NCBI RefSeq assembly: GCF_038087665.1
Contig: NZ_CP149925.1
Coordinates: 1,712,870 to 1,736,869 of the forward strand
Origin: Gallaecimonas sp. GXIMD4217
GTDB taxonomy: Bacteria; Pseudomonadota; Gammaproteobacteria; Enterobacterales; Gallaecimonadaceae
Length of the DNA stretch: 24,000 nt
Direction of reading: 5' to 3'
The position numbers were made by a program, and so were the translations under genes. Of the stretch, positions 15,653 through 24,000 are shown in pieces. How positions within the stretch are numbered: position 1 is the stretch's first letter; each line of letters opens with the position of its first letter. The notes below the pieces were generated by a model. That model did no database searches and had not been told where the DNA came from. It saw nothing but the letters and a program-made list of their open reading frames with translations.

Positions 15653-17509
15653 ATGCGTTTTATGTGGAGCATGTTAAAAAAAGTGGCCTGCTGGATCTGG
15701 CAGGGCCTTAATACCTTCCGCAGGGTGGTACTCAACCTGCTGTTTTTAATCATCCTGATCGCCTTCCTCGCCTCCCTGGGCCAGGACGACGGTCCCAAGG
15801 TGCCCAAGGACAGCGCCCTGGTCATGAACATCGAAGGCCGCCTGGTGGAACAGGCCAAGACGGTCGACCCCGTCGAGGCCTTTGCCCAGGAGCTCAGCGG
15901 CAGCAAGGAGCCGCCGGAGATGGAGGTGTCTGCCCTGGTGGACGCCATCAAGAACGCCAAGGAAGACAAGCGCATCAAGGCGCTGGTGCTGGATCTGGAA
16001 GGCATGGCGGGCGGTGGTCTGAACAAGATCATGACCCTGGGCGACGCCATCGACGACTTCAAGGAAAGCGGCAAGCCGGTCATCGCCAAGGGTGACTTCT
16101 ACACCCAGGGCCAGTACCTGCTGGCCGCCCACGCCGACAGCATCTACCTGAACGAGATCGGCTTCATGTCCATCGACGGCTTCGGCCGCTACCGCGTCTA
16201 CTTCAAGTCGCTGCTGGACAAGCTGAAGATCAACACCCATGTGTTCCGGGTCGGTACCTTCAAGTCCGCCATCGAGCCCTATATCCGCGACGACATGTCC
16301 GAGCCGGCCAAGGAAGCCAACCGCGCCTTCCTGGGCGCCCTGTGGAGCCAGTACCAGGACGAGATCGTCCGCCTGCGTGGCCTGGAGCCCGGCAGCCTGG
16401 ACAAGATGCTGGCCAACCTGCCCGAGCTCTTTGCCGAGGCCAACGGCGAGTTCGCCCAGCTGGCCCTGAACCTGGGCCTGGTCGACGAACTCAAGTCCCG
16501 CCAGGACATGACCGCGGCGCTGATCGAGCTGGTCGGTAAGGACAAGGAAGGCAAGAGCTTCAAGCAGGTCTCCATCCACGATTACCTGAAGGTCATCAAC
16601 AACCCCCTGACCCAGCTGCCCAAGGACGGCGCCAAGGTGGGCATAGTGGTGGCCGCCGGTACCATACTGGACGGTGATCAGCCGGTCGGCACCGTCGGTG
16701 GCGACTCCACCGCCGCCCTGCTGCGCCAGGCCCGCTTCGACGACGACATCAAGGCCGTGGTACTGCGCGTAGACAGCCCCGGCGGCAGCGCCTTCGCCTC
16801 CGAGATCATCCGCAAGGAAGTGGAGGCCCTGCAGAAGGCCGGCAAGCCGGTGGTGGCCTCCATGAGCACCTATGCGGCCTCCGGCGGCTACTGGATCTCC
16901 GCCTCCGCCGATGAGATCTGGGCCCACCCGGCTACCATCACCGGCTCCATCGGCATCTTCGGCCTGCTCACCACCTTCGAGAACAGCCTGGATGCCATAG
17001 GCGTGCACACCGACGGCGTCGGCACCTCCAACTACGCCGGCTACACCCCGCTGCGCCCCCTCAACGACGACTTCAAGGCGGTGATCCAGCGCAGCGTCGA
17101 GCGCGGCTACGAGCGCTTCCTGACGCTGGTGGCCGACAACCGCGACATGAGCACGGATGAGGTGGACAAGATAGCCCAGGGCCGGGTCTGGATCGGCCAG
17201 ACCGCCCTGGAGCTGGGCCTGGTGGACAAGCTCGGTGGCCTGGACGACGCCGTGGCCTCGGCCGCCAAGCTGGCCAAGCTGGACAGCTACGACACTCAGG
17301 TCATCAAGAAGCCGCTCAGCCCCAAGGAGCAGTTCATCAAGAACCTGCTTGGCGAAGGCGCCCAGCTGGTGGCCCGCAGCCACGGCAAGGAGCCGAGCTG
17401 GCTGACCAGGCTGCTGGGCCTGGCCGAGGCCGAAATGGCGCCGCTGACCCAGATGAACGACCCCCAGAACCTGTACATCTACTGCCGCGAGTGCGAGGTG
17501 CAGTTCTAA
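15653..17509 (+). CDS. sppA: Signal peptide peptidase SppA, 67K type
   Basis: 618 aa, the same length as E. coli SppA. It has an N-terminal TM anchor and tandem S49 domains (VLRVDSPGGSAFASE and the active-site region ASGGYWIS). SD AGGAA. Confidence 0.95.
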   Translation: MRFMWSMLKKVACWIWQGLNTFRRVVLNLLFLIILIAFLASLGQDDGPKVPKDSALVMNIEGRLVEQAKTVDPVEAFAQELSGSKEPPEMEVSALVDAIKNAKEDKRIKALVLDLEGMAGGGLNKIMTLGDAIDDFKESGKPVIAKGDFYTQGQYLLAAHADSIYLNEIGFMSIDGFGRYRVYFKSLLDKLKINTHVFRVGTFKSAIEPYIRDDMSEPAKEANRAFLGALWSQYQDEIVRLRGLEPGSLDKMLANLPELFAEANGEFAQLALNLGLVDELKSRQDMTAALIELVGKDKEGKSFKQVSIHDYLKVINNPLTQLPKDGAKVGIVVAAGTILDGDQPVGTVGGDSTAALLRQARFDDDIKAVVLRVDSPGGSAFASEIIRKEVEALQKAGKPVVASMSTYAASGGYWISASADEIWAHPATITGSIGIFGLLTTFENSLDAIGVHTDGVGTSNYAGYTPLRPLNDDFKAVIQRSVERGYERFLTLVADNRDMSTDEVDKIAQGRVWIGQTALELGLVDKLGGLDDAVASAAKLAKLDSYDTQVIKKPLSPKEQFIKNLLGEGAQLVARSHGKEPSWLTRLLGLAEAEMAPLTQMNDPQNLYIYCRECEVQF

Positions 17510-17526
17510 GTCGCCTCAGCGTCGAC

Positions 17527-17558
17527 AAAAAGCCGGGCCCAGCCCGGCTTTTCTTTTA
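17527..17558 (+). terminator. Rho-independent terminator after sppA
   Basis: AAAAAGCCGGGC CCA GCCCGGCTTTTCTTTTAT. Confidence 0.88.
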
Positions 17559-17590
17559 TAATGCCGGCGATCAGGTTCAAGGAGTCCGGC

Positions 17591-18601
17591 ATGAGCAAGA
17601 AACGCATCTATGTAGCCTACACTGGCGGCACCATCGGCATGCAGATGTCCGAGCAGGGCTATATCTGTGTGCCCGGCTTCCTGGTGGACAGCGTCAACAG
17701 CCATGCCGAATTCCACCGCCCGGAGATGCCGGCCTTCCATATCCACGAATACAGCCCGCTGATCGACTCCTCCGACATGACCCCGGCCGACTGGCAGCGC
17801 ATCGCCAACGATATCCGCGATCAGTACGACCAGTACGACGGCTTCGTGATCCTGCACGGCACCGACACCATGGCCTATACCGCCTCGGCGCTGTCGTTCA
17901 TGCTCGAAGACTTGGACAAGCCGGTCATCGTCACCGGCTCCCAGATCCCGCTGTCGGCGCTGCGCTCCGACGGCCAGGAGAACCTGCTCACCGCCCTGTA
18001 CCTGGCCGCCGAGTACCCGGTGCCGGAGGTGAGCCTGTTCTTCAACCACAAGCTGTACCGGGGCAACCGCTGCACCAAGGCCCATGCCGACGGTTTCGAC
18101 GCCTTCGCCTCCCCCAACATGGCGCCCCTGGTCGAGGCCGGGATCCACATCAAGCAGGTGGCCGGCGTCATCGCCGAGCCCCTGGGCCGCAAGCTCAAGG
18201 TCCACGAGATCACCCCCCAGCCCATCGGCGTGGTGCGCCTCTACCCGGGCATCGACCCGGTGATCATCGAGCACGTGATCCAGCAGCCGGTCAAGGCGCT
18301 GATCCTGCAGACCTACGGCGTCGGCAACGCCCCCTCCAACCCCAGGCTGCTGGGCGCCCTCAAGGAGGCCTCCGAGCGCGGCGTGGTGATCGTCAACCTG
18401 TCCCAGTGCTTCAAGGGCAGCGTCAACATGAGCGGCTATGCCACCGGCTCCGGCCTGGCCAGCGCCGGGGTGATCTCCGGCCACGACATGACCATGGAGG
18501 CGGCCCTGACCAAGCTGCACTTCCTGCTCAGCCAGGAGCTGGACCCGGAGCAGATCCGCGCCCAGATGGTCAGGGACCTGCGCGGCGAGCTGAGCCACTG
18601 A
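17591..18601 (+). CDS. ansA: Cytoplasmic L-asparaginase I
   Basis: MSKKRIYVAYTGGTIGM (catalytic Thr loop) and HGTDTMAYTASALSFML are nearly collinear with E. coli AnsA. The start is chosen at 17591 (AAGGAG at 17579..17584), not track 17561. The sppA-ansA adjacency is conserved. Confidence 0.95.
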   Translation: MSKKRIYVAYTGGTIGMQMSEQGYICVPGFLVDSVNSHAEFHRPEMPAFHIHEYSPLIDSSDMTPADWQRIANDIRDQYDQYDGFVILHGTDTMAYTASALSFMLEDLDKPVIVTGSQIPLSALRSDGQENLLTALYLAAEYPVPEVSLFFNHKLYRGNRCTKAHADGFDAFASPNMAPLVEAGIHIKQVAGVIAEPLGRKLKVHEITPQPIGVVRLYPGIDPVIIEHVIQQPVKALILQTYGVGNAPSNPRLLGALKEASERGVVIVNLSQCFKGSVNMSGYATGSGLASAGVISGHDMTMEAALTKLHFLLSQELDPEQIRAQMVRDLRGELSH

Positions 18602-18669
18602 GCCGTTGCGGCCCGGGCCGCCTTGGAGTACCTTAGCGGCCTCCTGTTTGGACGTCTGGACATGAAGAC

Positions 18670-19551
18670 TTGAACAACGAACGCAAGGCACTGCTGTGCG
18701 GCCTGGCCGCCGTGCTGATGTGGTCCACCGTTGCCAGCGCCTTCAAGCTGACCCTGGCGCTGCTGACGCCGGTGCAGATGCTGCTGGTGGCCTCCCTGAC
18801 CAGCATCGGGGTACTGGGCTCCGTGGCCTACCGGCGCGGCGCCCTGCCGCTGCTGGGCCGCTACCTCAGGGAAAGGCCCGGCTACTTCCTGAGCCTGGGC
18901 CTGATCAATCCCTTCCTCTACTACCTGGTGCTGTTCGCCGCCTACGATCTGCTGCCGGCCCAGCAGGCCCAGGCCCTCAACTACACCTGGGCGGTGACCC
19001 TGACGCTGCTGTCGGTGCCCTTCCTGGGCCACCGCATCCGCCGCCTGGACTGGCTGGCCATTGGCCTGTCCTATCTCGGGGTACTGGTGATCGCCACCAA
19101 GGGCGAGGTGCTTGCCCTGCAGTTCGACAACCCCCTGGGCGTGGCCCTGGCGCTGCTGTCCACCCTGCTCTGGGCCTGTTACTGGATCCTCAACACCCGC
19201 CACCAGGGCGACGCCGTGATCAGCCTGCTGCTGGGCTTCCTGCTTGGCCTGCCGGCCATCATCGCGGTGCTTTGGTACCAGGGCCAGTGGCAGTTCCCCT
19301 GGCAGGGAGTGCTGGGGGCCGTCTATATCGGCGCCTTCGAGATGGGTTTTGCCTTCCTGCTGTGGCTGATGGCCATGCGCCTGACCTCCAACACGGCGCG
19401 GATCTCCAACCTGATCTTCATCTCGCCGCTGCTGTCCCTGGCGCTGCTGGCCACCCTGGTGGGCGAAGCCATACTGCCCTCCACCCTGGTGGGCCTGTGC
19501 TTCATCCTGGCCAGTCTTGGCGTGCAGCAGCTGGGCCCCAAAGGCCATTGA
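18670..19551 (+). CDS. DMT superfamily (EamA-type) transporter, 10-TM
   Basis: 293 aa and highly hydrophobic, with two EamA-like halves (LAAVLMWSTVASAFK... and ...GAFEMGFAFLLWLMAMRLTSNTARISNLIFISPLLS). The start is uncertain: it is TTG at 18670 with no ATG available upstream of TM1. Confidence 0.8.
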   Translation: MNNERKALLCGLAAVLMWSTVASAFKLTLALLTPVQMLLVASLTSIGVLGSVAYRRGALPLLGRYLRERPGYFLSLGLINPFLYYLVLFAAYDLLPAQQAQALNYTWAVTLTLLSVPFLGHRIRRLDWLAIGLSYLGVLVIATKGEVLALQFDNPLGVALALLSTLLWACYWILNTRHQGDAVISLLLGFLLGLPAIIAVLWYQGQWQFPWQGVLGAVYIGAFEMGFAFLLWLMAMRLTSNTARISNLIFISPLLSLALLATLVGEAILPSTLVGLCFILASLGVQQLGPKGH

Positions 19552-19605
19552 CAAAAAACAGGTCCGAGGTCATGGTGCTGGGACGGCCCACCAACCCCCA
19601 GCCCC

Positions 19606-20820
19606 ATGACCGAGGTAGTACGTTCCCATAAGCTCGACAACGTCTGTTACGACATCCGCGGCCCCGTGCTCAAGGAGGCCCACCGCCTCGAGGACGAAGG
19701 TCATCGCATCATCAAGCTCAACATCGGCAACCCGGCCCCCTTCGGCTTCGAGGCGCCGCCTGAGCTGATCCAGGACGTGGTCCACAACCTGCCGGCCAGC
19801 GCCGGCTACTGCGACTCCAAGGGGCTGTTCTCGGCGCGCCGGGCCGTGGTCCAGCATTACGAAGACAGGGGGGTACGCGGCGTGGACGTGGAAGACGTCT
19901 ACATCGGCAACGGCGTCTCCGAGCTGATCATGATGGCCATGCAGGCACTGCTTAACGACGGCGACGAGGTGCTGATCCCGGCCCCCGACTACCCGCTGTG
20001 GACGGCCGCCGTCACCCTGTCCGGCGGCACCGCCCGCCACTACCTCTGCGACGAGGACAACGACTGGTACCCGGATCTCCAGGACATCGAGAACAAGATA
20101 GGCCCCAACACCAAGGGCCTGGTGATCATCAACCCCAACAACCCCACCGGCGCCGTCTATGACCGCGCCCACCTGGAAAAGCTGGTGGCATTGGCCCGCC
20201 GCCACAACCTGGTGCTGTTCGCCGACGAGATCTACGACAAGATCCTCTACGACGACGCCGAGCACGTCCCCCTGGCCAGCCTCTGCGAGGACGTGCTGGT
20301 GGTGACCTTCAACGGCCTGTCCAAGGCCTACCGCGCCGCCGGCTTCCGCCAGGGCTGGATGATGCTGAGCGGCAACAAGGGCGGCGCCGGCGGCTATATC
20401 GAGGGCCTGGACATGCTGGCCTCCATGCGCCTGTGCGGCAATGTGGCCACCCAGCACGCCATCCAGGCGGCCCTGGGCGGCCACCAGAGCATCAGGGAGC
20501 TGGTGCTGCCCGGCGGCCGCCTCAAGGAGCAGCGGGATCAGGCCTGGGAGATGGTCAACGCCATTCCCGGCGTGTCCTGCACCAAGCCCAAGGGCGCCCT
20601 CTACCTCTTCCCCCGGCTGGATCCGGCCGTCTACCCCATTAAGGACGACCAGCAGCTGGTGCTGGATCTGCTGCTGCAGGAGAAGCTGCTGGTGGTCCAG
20701 GGTACCGGCTTCAACTGGCCCAGGCCCGATCACCTGCGGCTGGTGACCCTGCCGTCCGTGCAGCAGCTGGAGGAGGCCATAGGCCGCCTGGGCCGCTTCC
20801 TGGCCCGGCTCAGGGGATAA
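19606..20820 (+). CDS. alaA: Glutamate-pyruvate (alanine) aminotransferase, AlaA/YfbQ-like, PLP-dependent
   Basis: 404 aa. KLDNVCYDIRGPVLKEAHRLEDEGHRIIKLNIGNPAPFGF, NPNNPTGAVY and the PLP lysine in FNGLSKAYRAAGFRQGWM are collinear with E. coli AlaA as recalled. Confidence 0.9.
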   Translation: MTEVVRSHKLDNVCYDIRGPVLKEAHRLEDEGHRIIKLNIGNPAPFGFEAPPELIQDVVHNLPASAGYCDSKGLFSARRAVVQHYEDRGVRGVDVEDVYIGNGVSELIMMAMQALLNDGDEVLIPAPDYPLWTAAVTLSGGTARHYLCDEDNDWYPDLQDIENKIGPNTKGLVIINPNNPTGAVYDRAHLEKLVALARRHNLVLFADEIYDKILYDDAEHVPLASLCEDVLVVTFNGLSKAYRAAGFRQGWMMLSGNKGGAGGYIEGLDMLASMRLCGNVATQHAIQAALGGHQSIRELVLPGGRLKEQRDQAWEMVNAIPGVSCTKPKGALYLFPRLDPAVYPIKDDQQLVLDLLLQEKLLVVQGTGFNWPRPDHLRLVTLPSVQQLEEAIGRLGRFLARLRG

Positions 20821-20821
20821 G

Positions 20822-20848
20822 AAAGGGGAGCCTGAGGCTCCCCTTTTT
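20822..20848. terminator. Bidirectional rho-independent terminator (alaA / hemolysin-III gene)
   Basis: AAAGGGGAGCC TGA GGCTCCCCTTTTT, 2 nt after the alaA TAA. Confidence 0.88.
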
Positions 20849-20865
20849 CATGACAGGGCTTTTTG

Positions 20866-21023
20866 CGTCAGCTGGAGGCTGCCGCCGGCAGCACCTGGGT
20901 GGTGACCGCTGCCATACGTCAGCCGGCAGAGGCTGTCGCCGGCAACACCTGGGTGGTGACCGCTGCCATACGTCAGCTGGTAGAGGCTACCGCCGGCAAC
21001 ACCTGGGTGGTGACGGCCACATA
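20866..21023. repeat. Three tandem direct repeats (51, 54, 53 bp) comprising the 3' end of the hemolysin-III gene plus two extragenic copies
   Basis: Copy 1 is 20866..20916, copy 2 is 20917..20970 and copy 3 (genic) is 20971..21023. Each begins CGTCAGC(T/C)GG and shares the core GCCGGCA(G/A)CACCTGGGTGGTGAC. Copies 1 and 2 differ by 3 substitutions plus a 3-nt indel. Confidence 0.95.
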
Positions 21024-21665
21024 GTGGCAGATGCTGCCGCCCAGCACGAACAGGTGCCAGATGGCATGGCCATAGGGAATGCGCCTGTTCAGGTAGAACA
21101 GGGTGCCCAGGGTATAGGCGATGCCGCCGGCCACCAGCCAGATCAGGGTGGTGGCGGACAGCTGCTCCATCATCGGCTTGATGGCGACCACCACCAGCCA
21201 GCCCATCAGCACGTAGATCCCCACCGACAAGCGCCGGAAACGACCGGTGAAGAACAGCTTGAAGATGATGCCCAGGGCCGCCAGGCCCCAGATCACCCCG
21301 AACAGGCTCCAGCCCCAGGGCCCGCGCAGTCCCACCAGGGTGAAGGGGGTATAGGTGCCGGCAATAAGCACGAAGATGGCGCAGTGGTCGAACACCTTCA
21401 GCTTGGCCTTGACGCCCTCGAAGGGTATGGCGTGGTAGAGGGTGGAGGCGGTATAGACCAGGATCAGCGCCACCACAAAGACGCTGGCGCTGACGATTTG
21501 CCAGGCGTCACCCCCCCAGAGGGCGGACAGGGCGATGAGGATGGCACCGGCCGCCACCGAGGCGACAATGCCCAGGCCATGGGTGATGGCGTTGGCCAGC
21601 TCCTCGCCGGCGCTGTATTGGGTCGTCATGGCTGTTTTGGTTGTTATCCGGACTTGCCCCATCAT
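20973..21665 (-). CDS. trhA: Hemolysin III / PAQR family membrane protein (TrhA/YqfA-like)
   Basis: 7-TM. It has the conserved motifs EELANAITHG, STLYHA, FDHCAIFVLIAGTYTP and HAIWHLFVLGGSICHY. The alternative start M13 (ATG 21629) gives an N-terminus closer to some homologues, so the start is uncertain. Confidence 0.88.
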   Translation of the reverse strand: MMGQVRITTKTAMTTQYSAGEELANAITHGLGIVASVAAGAILIALSALWGGDAWQIVSASVFVVALILVYTASTLYHAIPFEGVKAKLKVFDHCAIFVLIAGTYTPFTLVGLRGPWGWSLFGVIWGLAALGIIFKLFFTGRFRRLSVGIYVLMGWLVVVAIKPMMEQLSATTLIWLVAGGIAYTLGTLFYLNRRIPYGHAIWHLFVLGGSICHYVAVTTQVLPAVASTS

Positions 21666-21671
21666 ACCTGG

Positions 21672-21698
21672 AAAATGCCGCCCGATGGCGGCATTTTT
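21672..21698 (-). terminator. Rho-independent terminator after proA
   Basis: AAAATGCCGCC CGAT GGCGGCATTTTT, a symmetric hairpin with runs on both sides, 4 nt after the proA TAG. Confidence 0.82.
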
Positions 21699-21702
21699 AT
21701 GG

Positions 21703-22953
21703 CTATTCGCGCACCTGCCCTGCCCCGGCGACCACGAATTTCTCGCAGGTCAAGGACTCCAGGCCCATGGGGCCGTAGGCATGGAGCTTGGTGGTGGAGA
21801 TGCCGATCTCGGCGCCCAGGCCCAGCTCACCGCCGTCCGAAAAACGGGACGAGGCGTTGTGCATCACCACGGCCGCGTCCACCAGGCGCTGGAAACGGGC
21901 CGCCCTGGCCTGATCCCGGGTGCAGATCACCTCGGTGTGATGGGAGCCGAAGCGCTTGATGTGCGCCAGGGCGCCGTCCAGGCCGTCCACCACCCGCACC
22001 GCCAGCTCCAGGGCCAGGTACTCCTGGCCGAAATCGTCCTCGGCCATGGCCTCGGCGCCGTCGAAATAAGCCAGGCTCTGTTCACAGGCATGGAGCTTGA
22101 CGCCCTTCTCGGCCAGGGCCTTGGCGGCCATGGGCAGGAAGCGCTCGGCGATGGCCTGGTCCACCAGCAGTCCTTCCAGGGCGTTGCAGACGCCGGTGCG
22201 CTGGGTCTTGCCGTTCATCAGCAGCCCAAGCGCCATGTCCAGATCGGCATCGCCGTCCACATAGAGGTGGCAGACCCCCTTGAAGTGCTGGATCACCGGG
22301 ATCTGGCTGTTGTCGGTCACGAAGTGGATCAGCCCCTCGCCGCCCCTGGGGATCACCAGGTCGATATGGTCCCGCTGCTTGAGCAGGGCCAGCAGCAGCT
22401 CGCGGTCCGGATCCGGCACCACTGTGATGATTTCCCTGGGCAAACCGTGGCTGTCCAGGGCCTGGTGCAGCACCTCGGCAATGGCCAGGCTGGAGCCCAG
22501 GGCCTCGCGGCCACAGCGCAGGATCACGGCGTTGCCGGACTTGAAGCACAGGGCGCCGGCATCGGCGGTGACATTGGGCCTGGCCTCGTAGATCATGCAG
22601 ATGACCCCAAGGGGAATGCGCATCTTGTCGATGCGCAGGCCGTTGGGCCGGGTTTCCACGGGCCGGCGCTGGCCCACCGGATCCGCCAGGGCCACGATCT
22701 GCTCGATGGCGTCGGCCATGGCGTCGATACGGCCGCCATCCAGGCGCAGCCGATCCAGCATGGCGTCGCTGAGGCCCTTGTCACGGCCGGCGGCCAGATC
22801 CCGTTCGTTGGCGGCCAGGATGGGGCCATGGTGCCGGCGCAGGGCCTCGGCCATGGTCATCAGCACGGCATTCTTGTTGTCGGTATCCAGGGCCGCCAAG
22901 GTCTCGGCTGCCCGGGCGGCTCCACGGGCCAGTTGTTCGGCCAGGTTCATCAT
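21703..22953 (-). CDS. proA: Gamma-glutamyl phosphate reductase
   Basis: 416 aa, aldehyde dehydrogenase fold, with the catalytic Cys in NASSRFSDGGELG context and GVCNALE. Its ATG overlaps the proB stop (ATGA). Confidence 0.96.
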   Translation of the reverse strand: MMNLAEQLARGAARAAETLAALDTDNKNAVLMTMAEALRRHHGPILAANERDLAAGRDKGLSDAMLDRLRLDGGRIDAMADAIEQIVALADPVGQRRPVETRPNGLRIDKMRIPLGVICMIYEARPNVTADAGALCFKSGNAVILRCGREALGSSLAIAEVLHQALDSHGLPREIITVVPDPDRELLLALLKQRDHIDLVIPRGGEGLIHFVTDNSQIPVIQHFKGVCHLYVDGDADLDMALGLLMNGKTQRTGVCNALEGLLVDQAIAERFLPMAAKALAEKGVKLHACEQSLAYFDGAEAMAEDDFGQEYLALELAVRVVDGLDGALAHIKRFGSHHTEVICTRDQARAARFQRLVDAAVVMHNASSRFSDGGELGLGAEIGISTTKLHAYGPMGLESLTCEKFVVAGAGQVRE

Positions 22954-24000
22954 TGCGCCTCCAAAATCATCATGTCGTCTCTGTGTATCACGGCCGAGCG
23001 TCCCTGTGCACCCATCGGATGATCAATATCGTCACTGTGGCGGCCCTTGACGTGGGCCAGCTCCCAGGCGCTGTACCTGCTGATGCCCTTGGCCAGGGGC
23101 CTGGCCTGATCCTGCTGGCAGATCACCACCGCATCGCCCCGCTCGAAGTCGCCCTGCACCTCGACGATGCCGCTGCCAAGCAGCGAAGCGCCGTCGCGGA
23201 TCAGCGCCAGGGCGGCGCCCTCGTCCACCAGCACCCTGCCCTGGGCCTTGAGGGTATGGCGCAGCCAGTGCTTGCGGTTGCTCAGGGGATCCCGATGGGC
23301 CCTGAACAGGGTGCCGGGGTTCTCCCCGGCCAGCAGCGTCGCCAGGCATTGGGAGTTGCCGCCATTGAAGATATAGGTGTCCACGCCGTGGCTGGTGGCC
23401 TTTTCCGCCGCCTCTATCTTGGTCTTCATGCCGCCGGTGGCGATTTGGTTGCGGGTGCCACCGGCCATGGCGTGGATCTGTTCATCTATGCGCTCCACCA
23501 CCGGCAGCAGTTTGGCATCCGGGTGGCTATTGGGATCCCGATCAAAGAGGCCGTCCACGTCCGAGAGGATGAACAGGGCATCGGCATCCACCACTGTGGC
23601 CACCATGGCCGCCAGGTTGTCGTTGTCCCCCACCCTGAGCTCGTCCGTGGCCACGGCGTCGTTCTCGTTGACGATGGGCAGGCAACCGTGCTCGAGCAGG
23701 GTGTTGAGGGTGTCCTGGACGCTGACGTAGCGGGTTCTGTCCCGCAGATCGCCATGGGTGAGCAGCACCTGGGCACAGGGAAAGTCGAAGAAGCGGGACC
23801 AGTTGGCCATCATCTCGTTCTGGCCCACCGAGGCCATGGCCTTGCGCACATGGATGGGCAGCTGCTGGTGGGGAAAATCGAAACAGCGCCGGCCCGCCGC
23901 CACGCTGCCGGACGACACCAGCACCAACTCCTTGCCCTGGGCCCGGCACTGGGTGACAAAGGTGGCGATGGCCAGGGCATACCTGCCGCTGCAGCCCTGG
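22950..24000 (-). CDS. proB: Glutamate 5-kinase; the N-terminal roughly 15-20 codons lie beyond the window end
   Basis: The track shows only 22950..23927, starting from an internal alternative start. The frame stays open to 24000, reading ...GRYALAIATFVTQCRAQGKELVLVSSGSVAAG, which is collinear with E. coli ProB residues around 25-55. It has the NENDAV and GDNDNLAA motifs and a C-terminal PUA domain. Confidence 0.93.
   Translation of the reverse strand, partial: QGCSGRYALAIATFVTQCRAQGKELVLVSSGSVAAGRRCFDFPHQQLPIHVRKAMASVGQNEMMANWSRFFDFPCAQVLLTHGDLRDRTRYVSVQDTLNTLLEHGCLPIVNENDAVATDELRVGDNDNLAAMVATVVDADALFILSDVDGLFDRDPNSHPDAKLLPVVERIDEQIHAMAGGTRNQIATGGMKTKIEAAEKATSHGVDTYIFNGGNSQCLATLLAGENPGTLFRAHRDPLSNRKHWLRHTLKAQGRVLVDEGAALALIRDGASLLGSGIVEVQGDFERGDAVVICQQDQARPLAKGISRYSAWELAHVKGRHSDDIDHPMGAQGRSAVIHRDDMMILEAQ

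Noticed and set aside
18608-18673. The 14-bp perfect palindrome GCGGCCCGGGCCGC (18608..18621) after ansA, and the mini-ORF ATG AAG ACT TGA (18662..18673) overlapping the TTG start of the DMT gene.
   Set aside because: The palindrome has no loop and no T-run, so it is not a convincing terminator. GC-rich self-complementary strings like this are common in such genomes. A 3-codon ORF is too short to support any functional claim; it only underlines that the DMT start codon is uncertain.
20866-21023. Whether the 51-54 bp repeats are a CRISPR array, an integron attC or element att site, or a selenocysteine recoding signal at the TGA codons.
   Set aside because: The repeats are directly abutting with no spacers, and there are no cas genes. 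No integrase or foreign DNA lies between or beside the copies. PAQR/hemolysin-III proteins are not selenoproteins, and I see no SECIS-like hairpin at the right distance from the first TGA.

Overview
GC-rich gammaproteobacterial core-chromosome segment (order-level guess: Aeromonadales/Alteromonadales-like, from synteny and protein similarity recalled from memory). It is densely packed with 25 protein genes. Two are cut by the window edges and are missing from the supplied ORF track; I recovered them by reading the reverse complement: a DASS permease at 1..1123 and proB at 22950..24000. Content is overwhelmingly housekeeping and syntenic with E. coli landmarks: fur / fldA / ybfE / ybfF / seqA-pgm, sppA-ansA, and proBA. 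The remaining genes are a YtrA-type GntR regulator with an ABC ATPase and an ABC-2-like permease, a DUF3820 protein, a three-gene heterotetrameric-E1 2-oxo-acid dehydrogenase operon (E1 alpha, E1 beta, E2), astE, DUF2788, DUF4442, fadH, a DMT/EamA transporter, alaA-like aminotransferase and a hemolysin-III/PAQR (TrhA/YqfA-like) protein. Most convergent gene pairs are separated by clear rho-independent hairpins. I saw no rRNA, tRNA, CRISPR, IS/transposase, integrase, phage or recognisable defence or toxin gene. The many long ORFs antisense to these genes are GC-driven artefacts. I do not see convincing evidence for a novel multi-gene system; this looks like an ordinary core region. The observations most worth a second look are: (i) an in-frame tandem triplication (51/54/53 bp) of the 3' end of the hemolysin-III gene, each copy keeping its TGA; (ii) the uncharacterised GntR/ABC/orphan-permease module with a candidate operator; (iii) repeated TTT(G)ACGTAAA palindromes in the promoter and start region of the 2-oxo-acid dehydrogenase operon, whose E2 has a non-canonical DHQACTGG catalytic motif; (iv) three GATC sites packed into the putative seqA promoter; (v) perfect palindromes upstream of fur and in the fadH/sppA divergent region. 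All promoter and operator calls are by-eye predictions with low confidence.
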